Source: Gammaproteobacteria bacterium
GTDB lineage: Bacteria; Pseudomonadota; Gammaproteobacteria; Ga0077536
Length of the DNA: 64,000 nt
Reading direction: 5' to 3'
Assembly: GCA_963662545.2 (NCBI GenBank)
Contig: CAXXLL010000003.1
Span: 1,472,001 to 1,536,000, forward strand
Below are positions 9,730 through 20,625 of this stretch, one piece after another. The notes below the pieces were generated by a model that saw only the letters and a program-made list of their open reading frames with translations, was not told the origin of the DNA and ran no database searches. The first letter of the stretch is position 1, and every line of letters starts with the position of its first letter. Position numbers and translations under genes: made by a program.

Positions 9730-10239
9730 TTATTCAGTCGGTAGTACCAGCTCTACCGTGACGGGTGTGTCGTTTTCACCTGAAAAATGTGATTCAACGG
9801 TGGCGCGAAAAATGCCAAACTCGATCCCGAGGTAGATGCCGTTGATAAGCTGCATCTTTTCGAGTCCTTCCCAGGCCATACGCTTTGCAGTGTCGTGAAA
9901 TCCCTGGAACCATTTCAGGTGTGCCACTGCGATCTGAATAAGACCTTGTATAAATGCCCCTGTCTCTGTTCGTCTGCCAGCTGCCACCCATACCGTCTCT
10001 AAGGCTTCATGCGCCTCTCACCAATAGCCGTGATTGAATAAGTCGATTCCGTATAAATACTCTTCGCAGTAATTCCAATTCTCAGGGTCGAATGACGCCA
10101 GCTCTTCTGGTTGTTTGTTGTAGGAGTGACCGTTCGGGTCACGGGTGGGGTGCGGCGCCTGCCCGGGGACAAAACGGTAGCTCGGAAACGGTCGACTGGA
10201 GTAACGATGTAGCGTCGTTCCTGAAGGTGTGCTGATCAT
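9730..10239 (-). pseudogene. DUF309 protein with in-frame TGA
   Basis: Reads GIDLFNHGYW*EAHEALETVW...QGLIQIAVA in one frame. The stop at 10018-10020 occupies a probable Trp codon. Confidence 0.85.
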
Positions 10240-10501
10240 CGCCGTAATGTTATATCAGATGCCAATAAGAGGGCAGCGTCTGCAACTGCAGACCGCCTAC
10301 CGGAATTCGGTGCCGTTGTCTGCGGCGAGCGTTCTGACTTTTCGGGCCTCTCGCCGAATGAACAAATTACTGTTCTGGCTAGCGGCAACGGAGAGGCGAT
10401 TTTACGGAAAAATTGAGTGGGCAGTGAGAGCGGGGGACTACACTTACTTTTATCCTTTTTAATCATTCTCTGCTCAGTCATTCGTCACAGGAGTGCGTCC
10501 C

Positions 10502-10733
10502 ATGAACGAAGAAAATTTCAATCGGGAAATCCGCGGATTCCTCAAAAAGGTCGGGATTGCGTCCCAGCGCGAGATTGAGAAAGCCGTTTGGGCGCGTCTC
10601 GATTCGGGAGAACTGAAAGGTGATGAGCGCTTCCAAGTCAAAATGACCCTGGAGCTACGCGATCTGGATCTGACGCTCAATCGAGGATCTGGATCTGACG
10701 CTCAATATCGAGGACGAGATTTCCTTGGAATGA
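10502..10733 (+). pseudogene. Small conserved protein (DUF6494-like), frameshifted by a 25-bp duplication
   Basis: MNEENFNREIRGFLKKVGIASQREIE. Removing 10661-10685 restores the ending LTLNIEDEISLE*. Confidence 0.7.
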
Positions 10734-11235
10734 TTGGCGCGCAGCTGATTAGATGTTGTCGTTCCTAGTCGCTTGTACGGCCGCCCGCGACGTATCCTTG
10801 ATGACCCAAGATCGGGAGGCAGCGAAACGGAAAGCTAAAGCCAGGTCACGCAAATCTCCCGCGACGGTGGGCTACACAAGTGCATAGACACTTCGATGAG
10901 ACCGCAAGGGCATGATTCTACGACCGGTGCCCGCGTAGCCTGAACCGGGGCGCGGCCGGAAATGGAGCACCGACGATACTGCAGTTGGATGGCGCATAAC
11001 TGAATGATCGAGAGCGGCTAAATAGCGATCATTGGGTTCCACGCAAATTTCCCGCACGATAGTTCGAGGTCGCCATCTACCTACGGCAGCGCCTGGCTTT
11101 CCACGGAACGACCGGAGCAGGGGACGTGCTGCGGTTGGACACAGCGAAGATGCCTTTTACGACTCCAAATTGAACCTTGAACGGTGCGGCCACGAAATGC
11201 CATTGCCGCTATACATCGGCGAAATTATTGCCATG

Positions 11236-14200
11236 TTAGGACGCATATCTCTTTGCCACGTGCTGATTGTATTCAAGACATTTACCGTAGAAATCTTGAA
11301 TCATCCCACCGTCTGATGATGATTCTCCGGCTACATACTCAACAATTTCTTCCCAAGAAATCTCTTGAATTTTCGCTACCTCCAATACCGGCAGGAACCA
11401 ATTTTCGAGCCAGGCTTCTTTTTCCTCATCGCCGTATTCGCGTACGCGCCTTTCTACGGTTTCCCGCACTGACGCGGAATTCATATGCGCTGAAAATACA
11501 CCTTCATCGATGCGCGACTTCGGCGCAACGACATAGAATCCAACGGTTCCGAATGCCCTTGGCTCTATGTCAGCCCGCCTTATCACCTCCGCCATACACG
11601 CGACGTTTCGCGCCGCCTGGTTGTAATAACCGGCATTCTTCACTCCCGATGAAAGCTTGCTGAACATTTTTGCTTCGGTGACAACGAATTTTGAAGCTGT
11701 GGTAGTGAGTGACAGATCGCCCTCGCCATTTTTTCCGATCACAAAGTCGCCAATTACTCCGTCAGCGTGGGTCCAAGATTCAGATAGTCGGTCACCACGG
11801 TACCGAGGCAGAAATTGTGATGGAAGCAGCGCTTCCGAATACCAGCGGTCGTTCTCCGATATAGCTAGTGTCCGTCCATAAACAGGCATTTTCTTCGATG
11901 GGCACGGAGAAATCGAGGTGTTGAAAGTAGGTTGTTGGAGCGGTAGCGGCGGTTCGGTGGGGGTCGAAGGGCTCTTCGAGCGTAATTGTGAGTACGTTCG
12001 CCGGCCGCAGAGCGCTGCAACCCAAAGTCGCCCGTTCGACGATATCGAGGAGGTCAGTTAGTGCGAGTGAACGTCGCTATTCGAGTTGATAGCGCGCGAG
12101 CAGGCTGAGGTTGTAGGCGACCACAGAAGACCACACGTAGGCTTCGAAGTGCGGCAGGCTCTTCCAGGTGCAACGTGCCAATCCGTATGCACGCTTCAGG
12201 CAGGAGATACCGGCCTCGATGCCGGCGCGGAAGTTGCGCAAGCGTCGATAGACCCACTGACTCTTGACCATGTCGGCGATCGCGAGCCCGCGCTTCTTGT
12301 GGAAGGCAACGTCTTCGATGCCTTCTGCTTTCGCCGCCCGGAGATTGTCGAGGCTCGCATAGCCGCCATCGGCGGCGACCTGTCGTGGCATCGTCCCGTA
12401 GTGTGTTCGATGCCGTTCGAGCATCGGCATGAAGCGCTGACTATCGACCGGATTGCCTCGCTCGATGACCACGTCGAGGATGAGGCCACTGCGCCCCGAA
12501 GCCAGATTGATTTTGTGTCCGTACTGAACGTCGCGCGCACCCTTTATGATGATGTCGGTATGCGGCTCGAACAAGCTCACGCACTTCTCGCTCGCGGGGA
12601 CCTTCTCACCGCCGAACACCCGCCGCTCAGTTTGCGAAATCACCTGCAGAACAAGTGTTTCGTAGTGCGCTACCTGCGCTAGCCAGCGGCAGTGGTCGCC
12701 GGTGATCGCAGGTTTGCTGGGCAGCTGCTCACGTACCCTGCAAGGTTGAACGCGTCGTGGCGACGGCGAACAGACGTTGGCGTTGCTTCGACGCGCATTA
12801 GCCGGCACAGCGTGTACGGATTGATAGCACGCTTCTTCGGTAACGTTCACGACAGTGCAACTCCACGCGCCAGCGCAAGTCATCTGCTGTGGGACTGGCG
12901 CTCGGCGCGTGTCCGTGGTACCGAGCGTCAATCCGGTGTGCCGGCTCAATGCGCGTCTCTTTCGCGTCGCACACGGGCGCGATGAATAGACTCCCACGTC
13001 GATTGCCTGGATCGCCGAGTTGTGCTTCGTGAAGGCAGACTTCTTCGGACCAGCTCCTCTATGCGCGTTGCGAAGCACCGCCAACGTACTGTATCGCGAT
13101 TTGATTGGGCGACGCCGTTCAACCTACGTGGACTTCTGCAGCGCCCTGCGTGAGTCAGCGCTCCTCGATAGCGTCCGGGCGTCACCGCTCCTGCGGTTCG
13201 AACGTGCACGGCTGAAGCATAGCCCACCGGTAGCGCACCGCGAAACACTTTTATTTCTCATGCTGTTTAGGTGCACACTAGCTAGTTCGTCCATAAACAG
13301 GCGAGCGGAGAAATCGAGGTGTTGAAAGTAGGTCGTTGGAGCGGTAGCGAGAAGGTTCGGTGGGGGTCCTCTTCGAGCGTAAAGTGCGTGAGTACGTTCG
13401 AGCCGCCGCAGAGCGCTGCCAAAGTCGCCCGTTCGACGCGCGGACAGTTAGTACGAGTGAACGCACAAAATGATCTGGCTAGCGGGCGAGAGCAGTGGCG
13501 ACTCATCCACACGTAGGTCTTCGAAGCGCAAGCCAATCCGGTCGATCGCTTCAGGCAGGAGATACCGGCGATGCCGGCGCGGATGCGCAACGCATCGACT
13601 CTTGACCATGTCGGCGATCGCGATGCAACGTCTTCGACTGTCGCCGCCCCGTCGCATAGCCGCCATCGGCGGCGTGTCGTGGCAGCCGTCGACAATCCGT
13701 TCGGCATCGGCGAAAGAAGCGCTGACTATCGACCGGATTGCCTCGCTCGATGACCACGTCGAGGATGAGGCCATGCGCCCCGAAGCCAGATTGATTTTGT
13801 GTCCGTACTGAACGTCGCGCGCACTTTATGATGATGTCGGTATGCGGCGAACAAGCTCACGCACTTCTCGCTCGCGGGGACCTTCTCACCGCCGAACACC
13901 CGCCGCTCAGTTTGCGAAATCACCTGCAGAACAAGTGTTTCGTAGTGCGCTACCTGCGCTAGCCAGTCCGGCAGTTCAACGCCGGTGACGCCCGGGCTCA
14001 GCAGCTGCCACGTACCCTCGCTACCCTTCCAAGGTTGAACGCGTCGCATCAAATCGCGATACAGACGTTGGCGTTGCTTCGCGATGCGACAGCGCCCGCG
14101 ACGCTTCTCGCCAATCGAGTGTGGTTCACGAAGCACAACTCCGGCGCGCCAGGTCGCGCGCCTGTGCGAGCAGACGAACCACAACACGCACGCCATCAGC

Positions 14201-14970
14201 AGATGACTGTCGCTCGGCGCGTGGATGGCACTGTCCGTTACCGTGCTATCAATCCGTACACGCTGTGCCGGCTCAATGCGCGTCTCTTTCGCCGTCGCCA
14301 GCAGGGCGCGATGAATAGACTCCCACGTCGATACCTGGATCGCCGAGACCACCCGCTGTAAGGCAGACTTCTTCGGACGTTCATTACCCGGCAACCGGGC
14401 GAAGGCCTGAAAGCTCGCGAGTCCTGCAGGTGAAAGGCCAGCTCCTCGTAACTCAATTGCCGGTGCTGCTTGAGCACCGCGCAGCGCAGCACCGACTCCG
14501 CCGACAGTCCGCGTCGACCGGTGGGCTTCAAACCCCGCCGACACAGATCGTTCATGACCGGCGTGAGGACCTTGGGGTGAGCATCGAGCCACTCGGACAT
14601 GCCCTGCAGCTCTCGCCCCAGGTCATGGTCAGCAAACAGCTCGTATATACTCGCTTGGGCCGTGCGTTTCTGACGCATTCCCCCTCCTGTGGTGTCGATG
14701 ATTGTGTGGAAAATCAGAGGTTTGAAGTTCCATTAGATCACGACCTACCGGAGGTTTCGATCCCTTAAGCGACAAATTTTCCTTTTTATTTCAACCGCAT
14801 CGCGTTTAGGGATGCACACTAGCTAGGTTGTGCGCAGCACCGCGATGGTTCGCGAACCAATCGAGAATTAGCCGCAGCATCCATCCCTCGTTATACAAGT
14901 CCGTCGGCGGTATGTTGCCGCTTGGGCTATTACAGCGCTCTAAGAGCGCACAGATTCTATCGAAGACCAT
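11236..14970 (-). pseudogene. ~260-aa PD-(D/E)XK nuclease-like gene split by IS insertion
   Basis: 14970-14820 encodes MVFDRICALL...LYNEGWMLRLILDWF...HNLA, which joins in frame to ISENDRWYSE...HADGVIG...TEAKMFSKLS after IS removal. Confidence 0.75.
11868..14819 (-). mobile_element. Two tandem degraded copies of an IS5/ISNCY-like element (11868-13278, 13285-14819)
   Basis: Ends GTGTCCGTCCATAAAC / GTTTAGGGATGCACAC. TAGCTA at 11862, 13279 and 14820. Transposase pieces MRQKRTAQ..., RIDSTV, ADGGY, FRAGIEAGIS. Confidence 0.85.
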
Positions 14971-15201
14971 AAGTTTGTCCGGGTTTCTAACGCTAGCAAT
15001 TGCGCAATCTTCGAGGGAAAACCAAATAGGGCCTCCATTCTCTACGACGAGAGAAAGGCTGCGGCCACTTTCTCAGGTAAGCGATGGCCTCTATGTCGAG
15101 AGAATCGTTTCATATGCTTGTGCTTCGAAAAACGGGTGGAAATGGATGGACAAATGGAGGTTTGCCTGCCACAATAGAAATGGATGGAATTGGAGGTATA
15201 A

Positions 15202-16260
15202 ATGGCGGGCGATATTCGCACTGACACGCTGGACATCACTCCGGAGATCTTGAAACTCATTGCGGAAATCGATGAATTCAAGGGAGCCTGGGCCGCTATC
15301 GGCCGGATTGCGCCAGACCGCCTGACGTCCCTGCGGCGGGTTGCAACAATCGAAAGTATTGGCTCGTCGACCCGGATCGAAGGCGCGAAGCTTAGCGATC
15401 TGGAGATCGAGCGCTTACTGTCCAACCTCGATATCAAGGCCTTTGCTTCACGTGATGAAGAGGAAGTCGCAGGCTACGCCGAAGTGATGGAGACGGTGTT
15501 CTCGAACTGGGGTGACATTCCACCAACGGAAAACCATATCAAGCAACTCCACCGCGACTTGCTCCAATACGTACGCAAAGACGAGCGACATCGTGGCGAA
15601 TACAAGACACTCAATAATCACGTCGAAGCCTTTGCCCCGGACGGCGAGAGCCTTGGCGTTGTCTTCCAAACGGCAACACCCTTCGATACGCCTCGCCTGA
15701 TGACCGATCTCGTGGGATGGACACGCGCGACGCTTGAGACAAAAGATCATCACCCGCTCATCGCGATTGCGATCTTTATCGTTATCTTTCTTGAAATCCA
15801 TCCTTTCCAGGACGGCAATGGTCGTCTATCGCGCGTCCTGACGACGCTTCTTCTTCTGCGTGCGGGATACGCTTATGTTCCCTATAGCTCGCTTGAAAGC
15901 GTCATAGAGCAGAGTAAGGAAGGCTATTACCTGGCCCTGCGCCAAACGCAGGGCACGATCCGCACGGACGCACCGAACTGGCAGCCGTGGCTGGTGTTCT
16001 TCCTCAAATCACTTCAACAACAAAAGGTGCGACTGGCTAACAAGATTGATCGAGAACGGTTAATCCTTGGCGATTTACCCGCGCTATCGGTCGAGATCCT
16101 CGAGCTATGCCGGGAGCGGGGTCGCATCACTGTCGCCGATGCTGTCAAGCTGACTACTGCTAATCGCAACACGATAAAGGACCACATCAGTGCGCTAACA
16201 CGCGCCGGCCATCTAAAACAGCATGGTGCTGGTCGGGGCACATGGTACGGCCTCGCGTAG
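15202..16260 (+). CDS. Fic family protein with N-terminal inhibitory motif and C-terminal HTH
   Basis: HPFQDGNGRLSR catalytic motif. STRIEG matches (S/T)xxxE(G/N). Confidence 0.92.
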   Translation: MAGDIRTDTLDITPEILKLIAEIDEFKGAWAAIGRIAPDRLTSLRRVATIESIGSSTRIEGAKLSDLEIERLLSNLDIKAFASRDEEEVAGYAEVMETVFSNWGDIPPTENHIKQLHRDLLQYVRKDERHRGEYKTLNNHVEAFAPDGESLGVVFQTATPFDTPRLMTDLVGWTRATLETKDHHPLIAIAIFIVIFLEIHPFQDGNGRLSRVLTTLLLLRAGYAYVPYSSLESVIEQSKEGYYLALRQTQGTIRTDAPNWQPWLVFFLKSLQQQKVRLANKIDRERLILGDLPALSVEILELCRERGRITVADAVKLTTANRNTIKDHISALTRAGHLKQHGAGRGTWYGLA

Positions 16261-16420
16261 GGATTCCCGGCACCATCGTCCGTCGGAATACGGCGTGGAT
16301 AACGCGTGTCGGACAACTACGGAGGTACATGCCGTGGTTTTGATGCTATGACACCGTTAATCACCGCGTCCATGTGACCGTACCCCTGTGATCCGAGCCA
16401 TGCGGGATGTGGGGTTCCAC

Positions 16421-16849
16421 TCATTCCGTAGGATCGTCAATAGGGAAATCTCCACTTGCGAGAATGCGCCGCAGAGCCAGTAGAATCGGGCGGTCCGCCT
16501 CGGCCCAATCGAGGCCCATGATCTCACCTGCAACAATCCAACGAGTCTGCGCGTGCTCTTTGGGATCTAGATCGCCGTCAACGATTTTCGAAGAGTAGAC
16601 ATCGAGTACGATTTCGCGACCGTCGACAATCTACTCGCCACGACCGATCCAGGGCCCCACGTCGATCGCGAGCCCGAGTTCCTCTCGAATCTCCCGCTCC
16701 AATGCGGATTGCGGCAATTCGCTAAGCTCGACCTTTCCGCCCGGAAACTCCCAAAGTCCCGCCAACGCCATCTCGGGGCGTCGCTGGGCCACGAGACAGC
16801 GTCCGTGTTCGATGATTGCGGCACCTACAACGTGTAGACGCTTTGTCAA
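16421..16849 (-). pseudogene. MutT/NudG-like NUDIX hydrolase with in-frame TAG
   Basis: WEFPGGKVE...REIREELG Nudix box. The frame continues past the stop at 16631-16633 (IVDGREIVLDVY...EH...DWAEAD). Confidence 0.85.
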
Positions 16850-16891
16850 ACGAGCATCCTCAATCAGATCCGGCCCGCGCACCTGGGGAAG

Positions 16892-17182
16892 ATGGTGTTG
16901 TTCAAAGTCAACACGGGATGTCGGGATCAGGAAGTCTGCCGACTCCGGTGGGACTGGGAAGTCGACGTACCTGAGCTTAAGGCTTCAGTATTTTTAATCC
17001 CGTCCGAACACGTCAAGAATGGCGAAGAGCGCCTGGTTGTTCTAAACGCAACGGCGAAGTCAGTCATTGACGGAGAGCGCGGGAAACATGATGAGTTCGT
17101 GTTTACCTACAAAGGGAACCCGGTGACGAGGATCTACAACTCGGCGTGGAAACGTGCACGCAAGGCGGCGGGGCTCCCGCAA
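16892..17182 (+). pseudogene. Tyrosine integrase internal fragment
   Basis: NTGCRDQEVCRLRW, HVKNG and WKRARKAAGLP motifs. The HxxR and catalytic Tyr region is absent. Confidence 0.85.
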
Positions 17183-17261
17183 AACTCCCGCAATCACGTT
17201 GCTAACGCACAGGACACCACAAGCAGCGTAAAAATAAGTTCAAGGATTTGTACGGTTTGGG

Positions 17262-17338
17262 TGGTGGCTATGGGTGGACTTGAACCACCGACCTCAGCAT
17301 TATGAGTGCCGCGCTCTAACCAGCTGAGCTACATAGCC
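17262..17338 (-). tRNA. tRNA-Met (CAT), elongator type
   Basis: GGCTATGTAGCTCAGCTGGTTAGAGCGCGGCACTCATAATGCTGAGGTCGGTGGTTCAAGTCCACCCATAGCCACCA, 77 nt with encoded CCA. Confidence 0.97.
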
Positions 17339-17518
17339 ATGACTGAGTCGAATTAGGGGAGTCGAAAGCGGAGAAAGCCGTCGGCGTGCTGATACCGATG
17401 TTCGTTACCCGCTTTCCGCTGGCGGATCTTCGTGGGTTGCCGTGGGGCTGTCAAGCTTGCTGCCTCACGCGCTTGTTCTTTTACAATAACCGCCTTTCTC
17501 CGATTTCTTCATGAAGTT

Positions 17519-18019
17519 ATGGCTTCCATCGAAATTCCCGTCAACGGAGTCGTCACCAGTCACGGTACCGTCAAAGCCGAATGGCTCGATTACAACGATC
17601 ATCTTAACGTCGCCTACTACGTGCTTCTGTTCGATTTCGGTATCGATGCCTTTAAAGCAGTCGTTGGCATTGACGTCGACTACATCAAGCGGGAGGCGCT
17701 CTCGACCGTTGCGCTCGAATCGCGTATCGCCTACCTGGCCGAAGCCTCGCTGGGTGATGAGCTGCGCGTCGATACGCGGGTCATCGATTTCGACGGCAAA
17801 CGCATGCATTACTATCAGGAGATGTTCCGGGGCGAGGAACTGGTTTCCGCACAGGAAACACTTTCGATCAGTTTCGATACCAAAGCGCGGCGTAGCTGTC
17901 GCTTCGCCGACGCCATTGCACGCGGTTACGAACGCCTGTTCGAGGCCCAGCGCGACCTCGGCCGGCCCGAGTGGGTCGGACAGGTCATAGGCATTCGCGG
18001 TAAACACTCCTCAACGTAA
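17519..18019 (+). CDS. Thioesterase family protein (4HBT-like hotdog fold)
   Basis: EWLDYNDHLNVAYY motif. Confidence 0.85.
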   Translation: MASIEIPVNGVVTSHGTVKAEWLDYNDHLNVAYYVLLFDFGIDAFKAVVGIDVDYIKREALSTVALESRIAYLAEASLGDELRVDTRVIDFDGKRMHYYQEMFRGEELVSAQETLSISFDTKARRSCRFADAIARGYERLFEAQRDLGRPEWVGQVIGIRGKHSST

Positions 18020-18103
18020 TTGACGCCGGTCTCATCGCTAGGCCGCGTTTCTCACCACCGTCCAGCACTGGCGACAATTCGTGTGGATTCGACCGCTCGG
18101 CAA

Positions 18104-18126
18104 TTCGCCCGCGAGCGGGCTCCTAC
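18104..18126 (-). repeat. GTAG-family REP
   Basis: Reverse complement is GTAGGAGCCCGCTCGCGGGCGAA. Lies between convergent genes. Confidence 0.85.
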
Positions 18127-18144
18127 GGATGACCGGTGCCTCGC

Positions 18145-18786
18145 TTAGCGCACACCGAAGACAACGATGGTCTTACCGCTGACCCCGATCAGATGCTGCT
18201 CTTCTAGGTTCTTTAGAACGCGGCCGACCATTTCGCGGGAGCAGCCGACGATGCGTCCGAGTTCCTGGCGGGTCACGCGGATCTGCATGCCGCCGGGATG
18301 GGTCATGGCGTCGGGTTCCTTGCAGAGATCCAGCAGTGCGCGCGCCACACGCCCCGAAACGTCCATGAAGGCGAGATCGCCGATCTTGCGGTTCATCTTG
18401 CGCAGGCGGGTGGCGAGTTGCGAGGAAATCGCGAACAGAAGATCCGGAAACACGGTCGACATGCTCTTCAGCTTCTCGTAGGTGATGGTCGCCACGTCGC
18501 ACTGCGTCTTGGCCCGGACCAGGGCGCTGCGGTTGAGGTGTTCGTTGAAAAGGCCGATTTCCCCGAAGAAATCGCCCGGATTGAGATAGGCCAGCACCAG
18601 CTCGCGCCCTTCCTCGTCTTCGAGCATCACCGATACCGAGCCCTTGACGATGTAAAACAGGTCGTGCGAGGGATCGCCCTGCCGGATGATGGTGGTTTTC
18701 GCCGAATACTGTTTGCGGTGGCAGTGCTCGAGGAATTTCTGGATCGCTTCGTCGTCTTTCAATTTTATTGGATGCACGGCGCTCAT
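18145..18786 (-). CDS. crp: cAMP receptor protein CRP/Vfr
   Basis: GEIGLF, RSA, LAFMDVSGR and TRQELGRIVGCSREMVGR motifs. Confidence 0.96.
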   Translation of the reverse strand: MSAVHPIKLKDDEAIQKFLEHCHRKQYSAKTTIIRQGDPSHDLFYIVKGSVSVMLEDEEGRELVLAYLNPGDFFGEIGLFNEHLNRSALVRAKTQCDVATITYEKLKSMSTVFPDLLFAISSQLATRLRKMNRKIGDLAFMDVSGRVARALLDLCKEPDAMTHPGGMQIRVTRQELGRIVGCSREMVGRVLKNLEEQHLIGVSGKTIVVFGVR

Positions 18787-18975
18787 GGCTCTGTCCTCTA
18801 CTTGACCGGCGACACTCGATTGCCGCTCTAATTCTTTTATTTATCGGATGTTATCTGAAATTTTAAAGAACATTCTTATAAGATACTAATCAGACGCCGG
18901 ATCAAGCCAGATCATCGAGACCGATACCGGGCATTTCTCACACAATTGGTACCCGGGGAGGAGGCGGCACCACTC

Positions 18976-19401
18976 ATGAAATCCACGATAAAGTGGGTCG
19001 ACGGCGCCATGTTCGTGGGCGAGTCCGGCAGCGGGCATGCCGTCGTCATCGATGGGCCGCCCGAGGCCGGCGGCCGGAACCTGGGCATCCGTCCCATGGA
19101 AATGGTGCTGACCGGTCTCGGTGCCTGCACCGCATTCGACGTCGTTTCCATTCTTAAAAAATCGCGCCAGAAGGTGATCGACTGCCGTGTCGAACTCGAC
19201 GCCGAGCGCGCCAAAGAGGTACCGAAGGTCTTCACGCGGATTCACATTCACTTCGTGCTTACCGGCCAAAGCCTCAAGGCGGCGGCGGTCGAACGCGCGA
19301 TCGAGTTGTCGGCTGCGAAGTACTGCTCGGCCACCATCATGCTGGCTCGATGCGTAGAGATTTCGCATGATTTCGAGATCATCGAGGCGGAACCTGACTG
19401 A
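18976..19401 (+). CDS. OsmC/YhfA family protein
   Basis: RPMEMVLTGLGACT and KYCSA motifs. Divergent from crp, as in the usual crp-yhfA arrangement. Confidence 0.92.
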   Translation: MKSTIKWVDGAMFVGESGSGHAVVIDGPPEAGGRNLGIRPMEMVLTGLGACTAFDVVSILKKSRQKVIDCRVELDAERAKEVPKVFTRIHIHFVLTGQSLKAAAVERAIELSAAKYCSATIMLARCVEISHDFEIIEAEPD

Positions 19402-19442
19402 CTCGTTGTTGCGACTGACTGAGTCTTGCGTCAATCCTGCCA

Positions 19443-19506
19443 TTCGCCCGCGCGCGGAGCCCTACGTAAGTGGAGCCAGGCTGGTAGGAGCCCGCTTGCG
19501 GGCGAA
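19443..19506. repeat. REP inverted pair
   Basis: Degenerate copy at 19443-19465 plus GTAGGAGCCCGCTTGCGGGCGAA at 19484-19506. Confidence 0.8.
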
Positions 19507-19538
19507 ACGGGATCTGACTGACGATACGAAACAGGCCC

Positions 19539-20324
19539 TCAAGCGCCCAGTATGTCGGCCGCCGCACGCTGCACGCTCCGGCCGTGGGCCAGAGCCCGGC
19601 GCACCAGCCGCTCGGCGTTGTCTCCGCGTGCCCATGAACTGGTGCCGAGATCGGCCGGTACCGCGACACGGGATGAACAAATAATCAGCGACACGCTAGA
19701 TAACAGTTTTTCAGACAAGGCTCGCGCGGCGAACTCATCGGTCTCGGGCAGAACGAGGAGCAGCGTTTCGTCGTTCCATTGTCCGAGCAGGTCGACCCAT
19801 CGCAGCTGCCCCTTGACGTTGCGCGCGATCTCGCCCACGAGCGCGCGTTCAGCCTCCTTGCCCAATTGCACCGTAATACAGGAAAGCGGATTGGCGTAGC
19901 GGCGGCTGCGGGAAACTTCTGCTTCGAGTCGGTTGATGATCGCACCACGCGACAGCACCCCGGAGTCGGTGACCGTGTCCGATGCACCGGTTGATAACGC
20001 GTTCAGAAACCACACCAGCGCATGTCCGCGATCGAGGATAATGAGGATCGAACCTTCGCCGGCGGCATGTTCGTAGCGTTGCGTGATACCGATCATCGCG
20101 CCGTCGACTTGCACCTGCGGTTCGTCGTCGACACCGGCAAGCGGCGCGAAAGGCAAGGGCAGTGCGGCGATTTCATGACCGAGTACCTGGTCCGCGTCAC
20201 CGCCGAGAAAGTTGGTCGCATAGCGATTGATCCAGCTCACGCGCCCATCGCGATCGATGAGTACGACGCCGATCGGCAGGTCGTCGAGTACCGCCCTCGC
20301 ATGTTCCGGGTGTAGATCCACCAT
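19539..20324 (-). CDS. PAS + degenerate GGDEF domain protein
   Basis: LPIGVVLIDRDG PAS start and EVSRSRRYANPLS. The active-site position reads LRWVDLLGQWNDETL rather than GGDEF. Confidence 0.8.
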   Translation of the reverse strand: MVDLHPEHARAVLDDLPIGVVLIDRDGRVSWINRYATNFLGGDADQVLGHEIAALPLPFAPLAGVDDEPQVQVDGAMIGITQRYEHAAGEGSILIILDRGHALVWFLNALSTGASDTVTDSGVLSRGAIINRLEAEVSRSRRYANPLSCITVQLGKEAERALVGEIARNVKGQLRWVDLLGQWNDETLLLVLPETDEFAARALSEKLLSSVSLIICSSRVAVPADLGTSSWARGDNAERLVRRALAHGRSVQRAAADILGA

Positions 20325-20391
20325 CGTTCTTATCTTTCGCATCATGTCACTACATTTAAATGACCGTTTCGAATTGGGTGAAGAATTTTGC

Positions 20392-20455
20392 TTCGCCCGC
20401 AAGCGGGCTCCTACGGAGGTGTGGCGGCGCTGGTCAGAGCCCGCTTGCGGGCGAA
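20392..20455. repeat. REP inverted pair
   Basis: TTCGCCCGCAAGCGGGCTCCTAC ... GAGCCCGCTTGCGGGCGAA. Confidence 0.85.
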
Positions 20456-20625
20456 CACCGTGCACCACCGCGATCTACGAGGTTCCCTGCCGTTCTGGAC
20501 AGCTTTCTTAACGGCGGAATTCGCGGAAACTTTACCCGGAGCGCGCGGCCTTGGGGTCTTTTACGCCTGGAGTCGGACTAGAACAAAGTGCCAAAAACTG
20601 AAAATTGATAACTGTTCAATGAATA

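Larger units (their letters stand above)
4743..17261. mobile_element. Decayed genomic island integrated in tRNA-Met
   Basis: Bounded by tRNA-Met and its 3' duplicate. Integrase remnant next to the tRNA. Identical TCCCGCAAAACTCCCGCA at 4839-4856 and 17175-17192. Confidence 0.85.

Noticed and set aside
16892-17305. 137-aa ORF as an intact integrase
   Set aside because: The tail is read-through into the att arm and antisense tRNA. The catalytic C-terminus is missing.
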